From: Christensenellaceae bacterium
GTDB lineage: Bacteria > Bacillota > Clostridia > Christensenellales > DTU072
DNA: 47,459 bases
NCBI GenBank assembly: GCA_031278175.1
Contig: JAITLB010000266.1
Location: 1 to 47,459, forward strand
Reading direction: 5' to 3'
Shown here: positions 26,186 through 35,020 of the stretch, in pieces
Layout: every line of letters starts with the position of its first letter
Numbering within the stretch: position 1 is the first letter of the stretch
The notes under the pieces: generated by a model
What the model was told of the DNA's origin: nothing
The model's input: only the letters and a program-made list of their open reading frames with translations
The model's database searches: none
Position numbers and translations under genes: made by a program

Positions 26186-27556
26186 ATGGATTTTGAAACT
26201 GAAAATGCAATCACTTGCAAACGGCTTTCCGAACTAGCCGAAAAGGCAAAAAAGAGCACCATCATTGACTCATCGTATTACGAAAAAATGGATGTAAAAC
26301 GTGGGCTACGCGATATAAATGGTCGTGGTGTTGTTGCGGGCTTGACCGAAATAAGCGAGATAACATCAAAAATCATTGAAAAAGACGGCTCTTGTACACC
26401 GATAGATGGTCGTTTGTATTATCGTGGAATAAGGATAGAAGATATAGTTCGTGGCTTCATTGAAGAGAAAAGGTTTGGATTTGAGGAGACGATGTATTTA
26501 TTAGTGTTTGGTGATTTGCCAAATGCTACGGAACTTAAAGAGTTTCAGGCGATTCTAGGGCATTTTAGACAACTGCCTCTTAATTTCGTGCGCGATGTGA
26601 CAATGAAAAAACCGTCTGTAGATATGATGAACGTACTTCAGCGAAGCGTACTCACATTGTATGCCTACGATGACAACGCGGATGATATTTCAATAAAGAA
26701 TGTTTTACGACAGTGTTTAGAGTTGACTGCGCAAATGCCGTTATTATCTGTTTATGGTTATCAGGTATATAAACACTATTACGATGATGAGAGTTTGATA
26801 ATACATAAACCTGACCCAGCAGCAGGGACAGCCGCAAATATTCTTAGAATGCTACGCAAAGACAGCGAATATAGTGAGCTTGAAGCTACTATACTAGACT
26901 TGTGTCTAGTATTACATGCTGAGCATGGTGGTGGCAATAATTCAACGTTCACAACGCATGTTGTAAGCAGCTCGGGCACAGACACATATTCGACAGTTGC
27001 TGCCTCACTAGGCTCATTAAAAGGGCCAAAACACGGCGGTGCAAACGTAAAGGTAGTCAAGATGATTGAAGACATGAAGACAAACTTGATGGACTTCAAA
27101 GATGCCTCAGTGCGCAATTATCTTATGCAGATATTAAACAAAGAAGTATTTGATAAACAGGGCCTTATTTACGGAATGGGGCATGCTGTATATTCGATAT
27201 CAGATCCACGTGCCACCATAATAGAGCGATTTGTTGAGAAACTAGCTGATGAGAAAGAGTTTTCTGACGATTATGAACTATATAAAAAAGTGCAACGTTT
27301 AGCACCCGAAGTAATTGCAGATAAAAGACGCATATATAAGGGTGTAAGTGCCAACGTGGATTTTTATTCGGGTTTTGTGTATAATATGCTAGGGTTACCT
27401 GCTGAATTGTTTACACCAGCGTTTGCTATTGCGCGAATGGCTGGTTGGACGGCACACAGGATAGAAGAGATAAGCAATAATGGTAAAATTATAAGACCTG
27501 CTTATGAAGCAGTAGCAACGCATAGAAAATACACAAAGCTATCCAATCGGAAATAA
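26186..27556 (+). CDS. Citrate synthase
   Basis: LHAEHGGGNNSTF, GMGHAVY and NVDFYSG motifs. ATG at 26186 with an AAGGAG RBS is preferred over the GTG at 26147. Confidence 0.9.
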   Translation: MDFETENAITCKRLSELAEKAKKSTIIDSSYYEKMDVKRGLRDINGRGVVAGLTEISEITSKIIEKDGSCTPIDGRLYYRGIRIEDIVRGFIEEKRFGFEETMYLLVFGDLPNATELKEFQAILGHFRQLPLNFVRDVTMKKPSVDMMNVLQRSVLTLYAYDDNADDISIKNVLRQCLELTAQMPLLSVYGYQVYKHYYDDESLIIHKPDPAAGTAANILRMLRKDSEYSELEATILDLCLVLHAEHGGGNNSTFTTHVVSSSGTDTYSTVAASLGSLKGPKHGGANVKVVKMIEDMKTNLMDFKDASVRNYLMQILNKEVFDKQGLIYGMGHAVYSISDPRATIIERFVEKLADEKEFSDDYELYKKVQRLAPEVIADKRRIYKGVSANVDFYSGFVYNMLGLPAELFTPAFAIARMAGWTAHRIEEISNNGKIIRPAYEAVATHRKYTKLSNRK

Positions 27557-27975
27557 GTGTAACTATTTATTAAGCATAAACTAGCATCAATAAGTGTGCA
27601 ACAATAGACATGAAATCAAATGCTACCGTTGATAATTGCAACAGGGTTCGAGAACTAATTTCAAGTTTTAAAAGTTGCAAGAAAACTTATTTGTAAAAAT
27701 ATATAAGCGATGTGTTTATATTAAACGCAACAAACAATTTTGCAGATTTGTTGTCTAATGAGCAAGTTACATTACCGCAAGATGTTCTAGCGGTTAGCAA
27801 AAAATGCAGGTACAACACGCTTACAAACGATGTAAAAGCTCAATATAATCATACTCTGCATGCAAATATAATATGTTCTGCAGGCAAAAATATTTGGTGT
27901 AGTAAAGAATGTAGATTGTAAATGGTAAAAAATCCAATTTTTGTGCGCAAAACTAGCGATTAGACTCTTTTTAGT

Positions 27976-28004
27976 TTGCTTTTGTTGCGTCAAAAATGTA
28001 TTAT
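27976..28004 (+). promoter_or_regulatory. Candidate promoter of the GH20 operon
   Basis: TTGCTT, 17 nt, TATTAT, 22 nt upstream of the ATG at 28027. Confidence 0.35.
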
Positions 28005-28026
28005 ATTTTTGTAACGGAGGTTTGAT

Positions 28027-29646
28027 ATGGTTAAATTGATTCCATTGCCAGTTGAATGTACGATACGTTCTGGTTTTTTTAAATTGCCGAATGTAGTAAG
28101 GATCTATTCCGATAGTGATTTATGCGGAGCTAAAAGCGTGCTAAAATCTATTTTGGAGAAGATTGATGGTGTAAGATGCGAAGATGCACTAGATTCTGGA
28201 TCGTCACATGTCGCGTTTTGCTATGATAGAGAACTTTCTAATGAGAGATACATTTTAGATATTACAGAAAACAAGGTAATAATAAATGCCTCAGGGTTTA
28301 GTGGTGCATTTTATGCAACACAAACGCTACGTCAGCTTTTTGAGAGCGATAGTCAAAGCCCGCTTAACAATATTCAATGCGCTCATATATTAGATTATCC
28401 AAGATACGAATGGCGGAGCATAATGCTCGATGAGAGCAGGCATTTTTTTGGGAAAGATGTAGTCAAACAGTTACTCGATCTCCTAGCTATGCACAAGATG
28501 AATGTCTTTCATTGGCATTTATCGGATAATGAGGGATGGCGTGTTGAAATAAAGAAATATCCAAAACTCATAGAGATAGGATCAAAAAGACGAGGCACAC
28601 ATTTCATGGCCTGGGGCAATCGCAAAGATTCAGCTGTTGATTGGACACCGTATTCAGGGCATTATACACAAGAAGAAATAAAAGAGATTGTGCAATATGC
28701 AGCAGAGCGCAATATAATGGTTGTGCCAGAAATAGATATGCCAGCGCATTTTGGAGCAGTGCTTGCAGCTTATCCCGAACTAGGTTGTAGGGGTGTCAAA
28801 ATAGAAGTACCGATTATGCATGGTGGCGAAAAGAATGGACCTGCAGATCTAATTGCGTGTGCAGGTAATAGCGACACATATAAATTTATTTACGATGTCA
28901 TTGACGAACTTGCCGAATTATTCCCAGCCCCTTATTTCCATATTGGCGGTGATGAGGCTCCTAAAAAGGAGTGGAAGAATTGTCCAAAGTGCCAAAAAGT
29001 GATTAATGATAACAAATTAAAAGATGAAGAAGAGTTGCAAGGTTATTTCAATAATAAAATAGCGTTGTATCTCAAAACCAAAGGTAAGAGATTAATAGGT
29101 TGGAATGAAATTTTGAAATCCACATCCATAGACAAGGATGCTATAGCTCAATATTGGACGCTGTTTAGAGATAAAAACGCAGAACGCTGGTTAGTAACGA
29201 ATGGACGCATTATAGCAAGCAAACATCAAGCATTCTATTTCGATATGCCATATGCAGTTAGAAATCTTAAAACTACATATAAATTTGAGCCATCGCAATA
29301 CAAGATAAAAGATCCAAATGGTGGCATACTGGGTGTGGAGGGTACGCTTTGGACGGAGTGGATAAGCACGAAGGAAAGGTTATTTTTCCAATTATTTCCG
29401 CGCCTTGAAGCTATATCAGAAGTGGCTTGGACACCTAGAGAAAAGCGCAACTATGCAGATTTTAGAAGTAGGCTTAAATCGTTTATTAAGTTATTATCGA
29501 GTATGAATATTCGGCCTGCTCCACTTGAAATAGTAGATACTGGTTTTTTAAGGAGTGTCAAAATTGGTAAGATATTCCATTTAAATGATGCTCATATTGA
29601 ATATAAGAGTGCGCTATCACTAAATGCCGATAGCGAGACTCCATAG
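28027..29646 (+). CDS. GH20 beta-N-acetylhexosaminidase (no signal peptide)
   Basis: HWHLSDNEGWR and the catalytic pair in HIGGDEAP. 539 aa. GGAGG RBS. Confidence 0.88.
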   Translation: MVKLIPLPVECTIRSGFFKLPNVVRIYSDSDLCGAKSVLKSILEKIDGVRCEDALDSGSSHVAFCYDRELSNERYILDITENKVIINASGFSGAFYATQTLRQLFESDSQSPLNNIQCAHILDYPRYEWRSIMLDESRHFFGKDVVKQLLDLLAMHKMNVFHWHLSDNEGWRVEIKKYPKLIEIGSKRRGTHFMAWGNRKDSAVDWTPYSGHYTQEEIKEIVQYAAERNIMVVPEIDMPAHFGAVLAAYPELGCRGVKIEVPIMHGGEKNGPADLIACAGNSDTYKFIYDVIDELAELFPAPYFHIGGDEAPKKEWKNCPKCQKVINDNKLKDEEELQGYFNNKIALYLKTKGKRLIGWNEILKSTSIDKDAIAQYWTLFRDKNAERWLVTNGRIIASKHQAFYFDMPYAVRNLKTTYKFEPSQYKIKDPNGGILGVEGTLWTEWISTKERLFFQLFPRLEAISEVAWTPREKRNYADFRSRLKSFIKLLSSMNIRPAPLEIVDTGFLRSVKIGKIFHLNDAHIEYKSALSLNADSETP

Positions 29647-29658
29647 AGGTTTTATTTA

Positions 29659-30066
29659 ATGATAGATGTAGAAGCAACAAGAGAATATTTTAAAGGGGAT
29701 CGTTTTTGCCTACAAAATGGCATAATTATCGATTCCATTACAGAAGAATCGGCAGTCTGTACTGTTGAAATAAAAGATCATCATTTAAATGCACTAGATA
29801 CGGTGCAAGGAGGTTTGATTTTCACATTAGCTGATTTTACTTTTGCTGTTCATGCCATAGCAAGTGGCAAAAAAACAGTGTTGAGGAGTGCCGATATTAC
29901 TTATATTAAGCCTGCAAGAGGCACAAAATTGATTGGAAAAGCTATACCAATAAGCGCGGGACGGAATACTTGTCTGTATCGCGCTGAGATATTTGATGAT
30001 CGCGATGTATTAATAGCATATGCAGTTCTCAATGGATATATTCTTGAATCAAAACCAGGTAAATAA
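29659..30066 (+). CDS. PaaI-family hotdog-fold thioesterase
   Basis: 135 aa. LDTVQGGLIFTLADFTFAV resembles the PaaI/YbgC-type active-site region. Confidence 0.7.
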   Translation: MIDVEATREYFKGDRFCLQNGIIIDSITEESAVCTVEIKDHHLNALDTVQGGLIFTLADFTFAVHAIASGKKTVLRSADITYIKPARGTKLIGKAIPISAGRNTCLYRAEIFDDRDVLIAYAVLNGYILESKPGK

Positions 30067-30546
30067 ATGAGCAAAATTCCCAATAATGCAAATGAAGAAT
30101 TTGTTACACTATTACTACATGAGCAGAAAATTTTGCCGAGCGAAGTTAATCGTCATATTGCGATCCCCATACGCGTTTCTCAAGAATATGCTTGGTTAGT
30201 ATTTAAATACGAATATCAACCTAAGATATTTGATGATCCAATAGCCTCGATGGAATATATCAGAAAGTGCGCTGAGGAAAGTTCTGTAAGCGTTGAGTCA
30301 TTGATGCATGAGGCAAACGCACTCAAAAACCATTTAACACTATCAATTGACTCGCCCGATGGTTGGGTAGGTACGGCACACAGGCACAACAACAAATTAG
30401 AGATAGTGATTAACAGTCAAAGGTCAACCGAAGGGTTTTTGCCAACACCCATAACTATGGGCAAATGGATTGCGACCGTTAGTACACATTGCGTTCTTTC
30501 TCCTGTAAATGTTAAGCTCAAAGTCGTGGGGTGTAAGAGTTTATGA
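30067..30546 (+). CDS. Hypothetical protein (159 aa), translationally coupled to the PHP hydrolase
   Basis: Start abuts the upstream stop (TAAATG). Its stop overlaps the next start (ATGA). No motif recognised. Confidence 0.6.
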   Translation: MSKIPNNANEEFVTLLLHEQKILPSEVNRHIAIPIRVSQEYAWLVFKYEYQPKIFDDPIASMEYIRKCAEESSVSVESLMHEANALKNHLTLSIDSPDGWVGTAHRHNNKLEIVINSQRSTEGFLPTPITMGKWIATVSTHCVLSPVNVKLKVVGCKSL

Positions 30547-31511
30547 TTTTTTATCCGTTTGAATTACATACCCATACCATACACAGCGATGGTTCATACG
30601 AGCCTGAAAAGATGGTGGAACTTGCAAAACGTGCAGGTTTATTTGGAGTAGCTATAACTGATCACAATACAGTGTCAGGGAATAGAGATGCTATGGAAGC
30701 AGGTCAAAGGCTCGGTGTGTTAGTTATCCCTGGCATCGAATGGACTACATTTTATGGGCATTTGACTGTACTGGGTGGTTCAGCTGGTAACTGGCGCGAT
30801 GTCAATCCTCAAAATGTTCTTAAAAAAGTAAAAGAAGCGAGATTATCAGGAGCATGTGTGGGTGTGGCACATCCGTGTCGCCCAGGATATCCCATTTGTA
30901 CTGGCGGGTATGATTGTTGGGGATTGAAACCTAAAGACTATGCCATTTTTACACACTATGAGGCATGGTCGTACTTGTCGCCAGCATTGAAGATAACGAA
31001 TGATCATGCTAGCGATAAATATTTAGAAATATGTCGAGCCGGGGTAAAAATAGCATGCGCGTATGGCCGCGATTGGCATAAAGGTGTGCATCAAGAATGT
31101 AATGCAGTAACCTATTTAGGGATAGATGGAGACCCTAATATACGTAGTTCTCTAAATGCCATTATAAAAGGACATACGTATATTTCTACTGGAATCCGTT
31201 TGGAGGCTTGGCTTAATTCAGCAAAGGGTGTATATTACGATATAGGTGCGACACCAAATGATGGCGAATACGAGTTTGCTGGAATGGTCGCACGCAGTGC
31301 CGATAAGGTATCGCAGAAATATGCAGTAAAGCCACAAGTCGTGGAATTGAGCGGCACAGCTGGCACATACAGGTGCGAGGTTAACGGGTTTAAACACTTT
31401 AGCATGACGGTAAAAGCTAGCAAGGGCGAATTTTTGCAACCGAGGATCTATGGTGAGATTTCTGGACGCAATGCTTTGCTTTTGCAGGGCACACCGTTTT
31501 TCTTCAAATAA
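30543..31511 (+). CDS. PHP-domain metal-dependent phosphoesterase (CehA/McbA-like)
   Basis: FELHTHTIHSDGS...AITDHNT is the PHP His/Asp signature. 322 aa. Confidence 0.75.
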   Translation: MIFYPFELHTHTIHSDGSYEPEKMVELAKRAGLFGVAITDHNTVSGNRDAMEAGQRLGVLVIPGIEWTTFYGHLTVLGGSAGNWRDVNPQNVLKKVKEARLSGACVGVAHPCRPGYPICTGGYDCWGLKPKDYAIFTHYEAWSYLSPALKITNDHASDKYLEICRAGVKIACAYGRDWHKGVHQECNAVTYLGIDGDPNIRSSLNAIIKGHTYISTGIRLEAWLNSAKGVYYDIGATPNDGEYEFAGMVARSADKVSQKYAVKPQVVELSGTAGTYRCEVNGFKHFSMTVKASKGEFLQPRIYGEISGRNALLLQGTPFFFK

Positions 31512-31531
31512 ATTGATATAGGAGCACAGCA

Positions 31532-32173
31532 ATGATAATAACAGCACACGGTGGTGCACTAGGCACAGGTCGAAACTCGCAAAAGTATTTTGATACGATT
31601 GCAAATTATAAGGTCGACGCAATAGAAGTTGATATTATGAAGAGAGGCGAAGTATTATATTTAGCACATATACTACCTCCAATTTCTCTAAAGCGAGCTA
31701 TAAAATTAGATTATGTATTTGAATTTTGCAAAACGCACAACTTTAAGGTGAATTGTGACGTTAAGCAGAAGTTTTTAGTAAAGCCTGTGCTTGCGCTAGC
31801 TGAAAGGATGGGGGCTACGGATTTTGTATATTTTACAGGAACGGTGTTGCCTGAGGATGTAGTAAACCTGACAGCGGGAACAGCATTATTAAATGAGTCC
31901 TTTTTTAACAAGAAAATACCTTTGCGCATTGACACGCTGGGTGAGATAAAAAAGTACATAGATAGTTTCAATAACCCACGAATTTTGGGAATAAACATTA
32001 AATATCAGTACGCAACAAACGAATTTATATCAAAAGCCAAAGAAGTTGGACTAGGATTGTCGCTTTACACAGTAGATGATGTGGTTGCTCTTGAACGAAT
32101 AATCAAGAATGAAGATAAACCATACAATGTCACTACTAATTTGCCCGATCGCGCTATTGACTTCCTTAAGTGA
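31532..32173 (+). CDS. Glycerophosphodiester phosphodiesterase (GDPD) family protein
   Basis: IITAHGGALG...DAIEVDI is a GDPD-type N-terminal pattern. 213 aa. No signal peptide. Confidence 0.65.
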   Translation: MIITAHGGALGTGRNSQKYFDTIANYKVDAIEVDIMKRGEVLYLAHILPPISLKRAIKLDYVFEFCKTHNFKVNCDVKQKFLVKPVLALAERMGATDFVYFTGTVLPEDVVNLTAGTALLNESFFNKKIPLRIDTLGEIKKYIDSFNNPRILGINIKYQYATNEFISKAKEVGLGLSLYTVDDVVALERIIKNEDKPYNVTTNLPDRAIDFLK

Positions 32174-32259
32174 TACGATAAAGAGCAATATAAAGACTTG
32201 TGAGACTACAACCTAAATTAATCTCACCGCGTCCAAAAACTATATTTGTCGCATTAAGC

Positions 32260-32299
32260 GTGTCCTCTAATTGTAACAATTGCTACAATTAGAGGACAC
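32260..32299 (+). terminator. Perfect 16-bp stem hairpin/palindrome without a U-tract
   Basis: GTGTCCTCTAATTGTA-acaattgc-TACAATTAGAGGACAC lies 87 nt after the GDPD stop. No T-run on either strand. Confidence 0.45.
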
Positions 32300-32396
32300 A
32301 AGTAAGATTTAGGCGCTGCTAAAAATTCTTGGCAAGCCCCGCCCACTTGAATTTTGTATTATTTCCAATTTTAAAATAACTATTTTAATTTGCTAA

Positions 32397-32425
32397 TTGA
32401 ATTTTGCCGCTTAATAGAGTATAAT
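32397..32425 (+). promoter_or_regulatory. gdh promoter
   Basis: TTGAAT, 17 nt, TATAAT, 46 nt upstream of the ATG at 32472. Confidence 0.55.
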
Positions 32426-32471
32426 TATGACATTATTTTTTAGATGATGCAAATTGCATCGGGAGAGATAT

Positions 32472-33722
32472 ATGAGTGGATATAATCCATATGACAATTT
32501 TCTAGATGTTTTAGATCAAGCCGCAAAAGAAGTAAAACTCCATCGCAATGATTACGAAACAATTAAATATCCTGAGAGGGAACTTAAAGTTTCTATTCCT
32601 ATTGAGATGGATGACGGTTCCTTGCGTGTTTTTGAGGGCTATCGCGTCCAACACAGCACTTTGAGAGGTCCAGGCAAAGGTGGTATAAGGTATCATCCAG
32701 ATGTCAATATTGACGAAGTTAAAGCACTTGCGGCATGGATGACATTTAAATGTGCTGTAGTTAATATCCCATACGGTGGTGCTAAAGGCGGAATAACTGT
32801 AGATCCCAAAACGCTCAGTCAAAACGAATTAAAAAGACTGACGAGAAGATATACCGCAATGATTTTGCCTCTCATTGGTCCTGAAAGAGATATACCAGCT
32901 CCTGATGTAGGAACTAATGCACAGGTTATGGACTGGATAATGGACACATATAGCATTATGAAAGGGTATACCGTGCCTGGTGTAGTCACTGGCAAGCATA
33001 TCGATATCGGTGGATCCCTAGGTCGAGCAGAAGCCACAGGTCGCGGTGTAATGATTATTACAGAAGAAATGTTATCGCGTCTTGGAAAGAAAGCAACTGA
33101 CTGTCGTATAGCAGTACAAGGTATGGGTAATGTTGGTGGTATAAGCGCAAAGTTGTTTGCCGCCACAGGTTGCAAAATAACAGCGATTAGCAATGTTTCG
33201 GGTGGTTTGTATTGTCCTACAGGGTTGGATGTTGCAGAGGTTATTGAGTTTGCAAAAACAGCACCTATAACCGAATACAAGAAAGATGGTGTATCGTATA
33301 TCACTAATGAGGAATTATTGACATCCGACTGTGATGTTTTAGTTCTAGCAGCATTAGAGAACCAAGTGACAGCAGACATTGCTAAAAAAGTTAAGGCGAC
33401 AATGATTGTTGAAGGTGCAAACGGCCCGACAACAGTAGAAGCTGATAAAATTTTAAACAAAAAGGGTGTTATTATTGTGCCAGATATATTAGCTAACGCT
33501 GGCGGTGTAGTTGTATCATACTGCGAGTGGGTACAAAATCTACAATCGCTTAACTGGGATGAGAACGACGTTAATGTGACGCTTAAAAAGGTTATGATTC
33601 GCGCTTTTGATTCGGTGTATGAAATTTCAAAGCAAAGAGGTATTCCAATGCGCTTAGCTGCATATATAGTAGCCCTTGAGCGTCTGTGTATCAGCCGAGA
33701 ATTGCGAGGAATTTTCCCGTAA
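32472..33722 (+). CDS. gdhA: NAD(P)-dependent glutamate dehydrogenase
   Basis: GPGKGGIRYH, PYGGAKGG and GPERDIPAPDVGT motifs. ATG at 32472 with a GGGAGAG RBS is preferred over the TTG at 32454. Confidence 0.92.
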   Translation: MSGYNPYDNFLDVLDQAAKEVKLHRNDYETIKYPERELKVSIPIEMDDGSLRVFEGYRVQHSTLRGPGKGGIRYHPDVNIDEVKALAAWMTFKCAVVNIPYGGAKGGITVDPKTLSQNELKRLTRRYTAMILPLIGPERDIPAPDVGTNAQVMDWIMDTYSIMKGYTVPGVVTGKHIDIGGSLGRAEATGRGVMIITEEMLSRLGKKATDCRIAVQGMGNVGGISAKLFAATGCKITAISNVSGGLYCPTGLDVAEVIEFAKTAPITEYKKDGVSYITNEELLTSDCDVLVLAALENQVTADIAKKVKATMIVEGANGPTTVEADKILNKKGVIIVPDILANAGGVVVSYCEWVQNLQSLNWDENDVNVTLKKVMIRAFDSVYEISKQRGIPMRLAAYIVALERLCISRELRGIFP

Positions 33723-33791
33723 ACCAACTTATGTCAGGTTTTATTTCAAATTCCAGGTTGTTATCATTATAATAGCAGCATAATAATATGT

Positions 33792-33820
33792 TTGACAGCA
33801 TGAGTGCGTTATGGTAATAT
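33792..33820 (+). promoter_or_regulatory. Promoter of the GT2 / sugar dehydrogenase operon
   Basis: TTGACA, 17 nt (ending TGg), TAATAT. Predicts a leader of about 210 nt. Confidence 0.5.
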
Positions 33821-34036
33821 ATTTTAACTAAGTATTCATATTTGCTACTCTATGGCCACATCAGAGGTTTAAGCAAATTGGAATTAGAGTGAGGGTCTGG
33901 ATAGTGCATGGCTACCGCACGCTTTTGCTGTCGCGGTAGCGGTGTGCTATACTCAAGTGCGATGCGAACACTAATTCAGATGCAATAAGCTTAAGTAAGT
34001 TAGTTTACTGTAAATAAACATACGAGGCAAACTCAA

Positions 34037-34990
34037 GTGTCAGATGTAATTGAAGGTCCAAAAGTAGCAATAATAATGCCGACTTACAAACGCAATGCAG
34101 ATAGTGTTGTTTTGTCAATAAAATCAGTCCTCAATCAAACATATCAAAATATTGAGCTGTGGTTGATTGATGATAATGGCATAAGAGAGAGTTCTTCGCT
34201 TGAGTCATATCGCTTAGAAATAAGCAAAATGGTCCAAGAACTTGATTCAGAAAAAATTGTATATATTAAAAATGAGCATAATATTGGAGGTGCTCTAGCG
34301 CGGAATGTTGGCATATTTTCAACTGACTGTGAATATATAACGTTTTTAGATGACGATGACCGCTATCTGCCACAGAAAGTGGAAAGTCAGCTAAAACACA
34401 TGTTATGCAATAATTTGGACGTATCATTTACTGACCTAGGTCTCTATGACGAAGAGGACAAATTAACGGATTACAGAGAATATTCGAAAATAAAGCACTT
34501 TGACACGCAGAGTCTGCTAAGATATCATTTAACGCGACAAATCACAGGCACGCCCACGTTTATGTGCAAGAAAAGCGTATTGACAACAATAGGCGGATTT
34601 GATGACGCTTGTATGGGTCAAGAATATTATCTAATGTTTAAAATTATTTCCTCAGGATGCTCTATAGGTTACATCCCGCATTCGGATGTTGTAGCGTATA
34701 GAACCGCTAAAGAAGCTATTTCGAACGGACCCAACAAAATCAAGGGTGAGATGCTTTTATACACATTTAAGAGATCTAAATTTGATATATTAAGTGGATC
34801 TGAGCGACGTTTTGTGAGATTTAGGCATTATGTGATTATGTGTGTTGCTAGCTTGCGCAGAAAAAAATATTTATCCGCAACTAAATACATTTGCATTGCT
34901 TTTATAGCATCGCCATTAGATGCATTCGCCGAAGCATTTGGATTTTTTCAAAGGCGGATAAAGAACATAGAAAGCACAAGAGATGGTTGA
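34037..34990 (+). CDS. Family 2 glycosyltransferase
   Basis: VAIIMPTYKR and FLDDDD (DxD) motifs. GTG start with GAGG upstream. Confidence 0.8.
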   Translation: MSDVIEGPKVAIIMPTYKRNADSVVLSIKSVLNQTYQNIELWLIDDNGIRESSSLESYRLEISKMVQELDSEKIVYIKNEHNIGGALARNVGIFSTDCEYITFLDDDDRYLPQKVESQLKHMLCNNLDVSFTDLGLYDEEDKLTDYREYSKIKHFDTQSLLRYHLTRQITGTPTFMCKKSVLTTIGGFDDACMGQEYYLMFKIISSGCSIGYIPHSDVVAYRTAKEAISNGPNKIKGEMLLYTFKRSKFDILSGSERRFVRFRHYVIMCVASLRRKKYLSATKYICIAFIASPLDAFAEAFGFFQRRIKNIESTRDG

Positions 34991-35020
34991 GTTGTAGTAG
35001 TAGAGTAAAAGGAGCATTGA

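Noticed and set aside
32819-33727. 302-aa ORF on the minus strand, the longest unassigned ORF in the track.
   Set aside because: It lies entirely antisense to glutamate dehydrogenase and has a low-complexity, Ser/Thr/Ile-rich translation with no RBS. This is a typical shadow ORF.
33932-33944. CGCGGTAGCGGTG in the GT2 leader resembles the enterobacterial ops element (GGCGGTAGnnTG) that recruits RfaH to polysaccharide operons.
   Set aside because: Only a 7-nt core (GCGGTAG) matches, the downstream TG is out of register, and ops/RfaH is a proteobacterial system. It is also simply one arm of the local hairpin. Treated as coincidence unless a NusG paralogue and conserved leaders are found.
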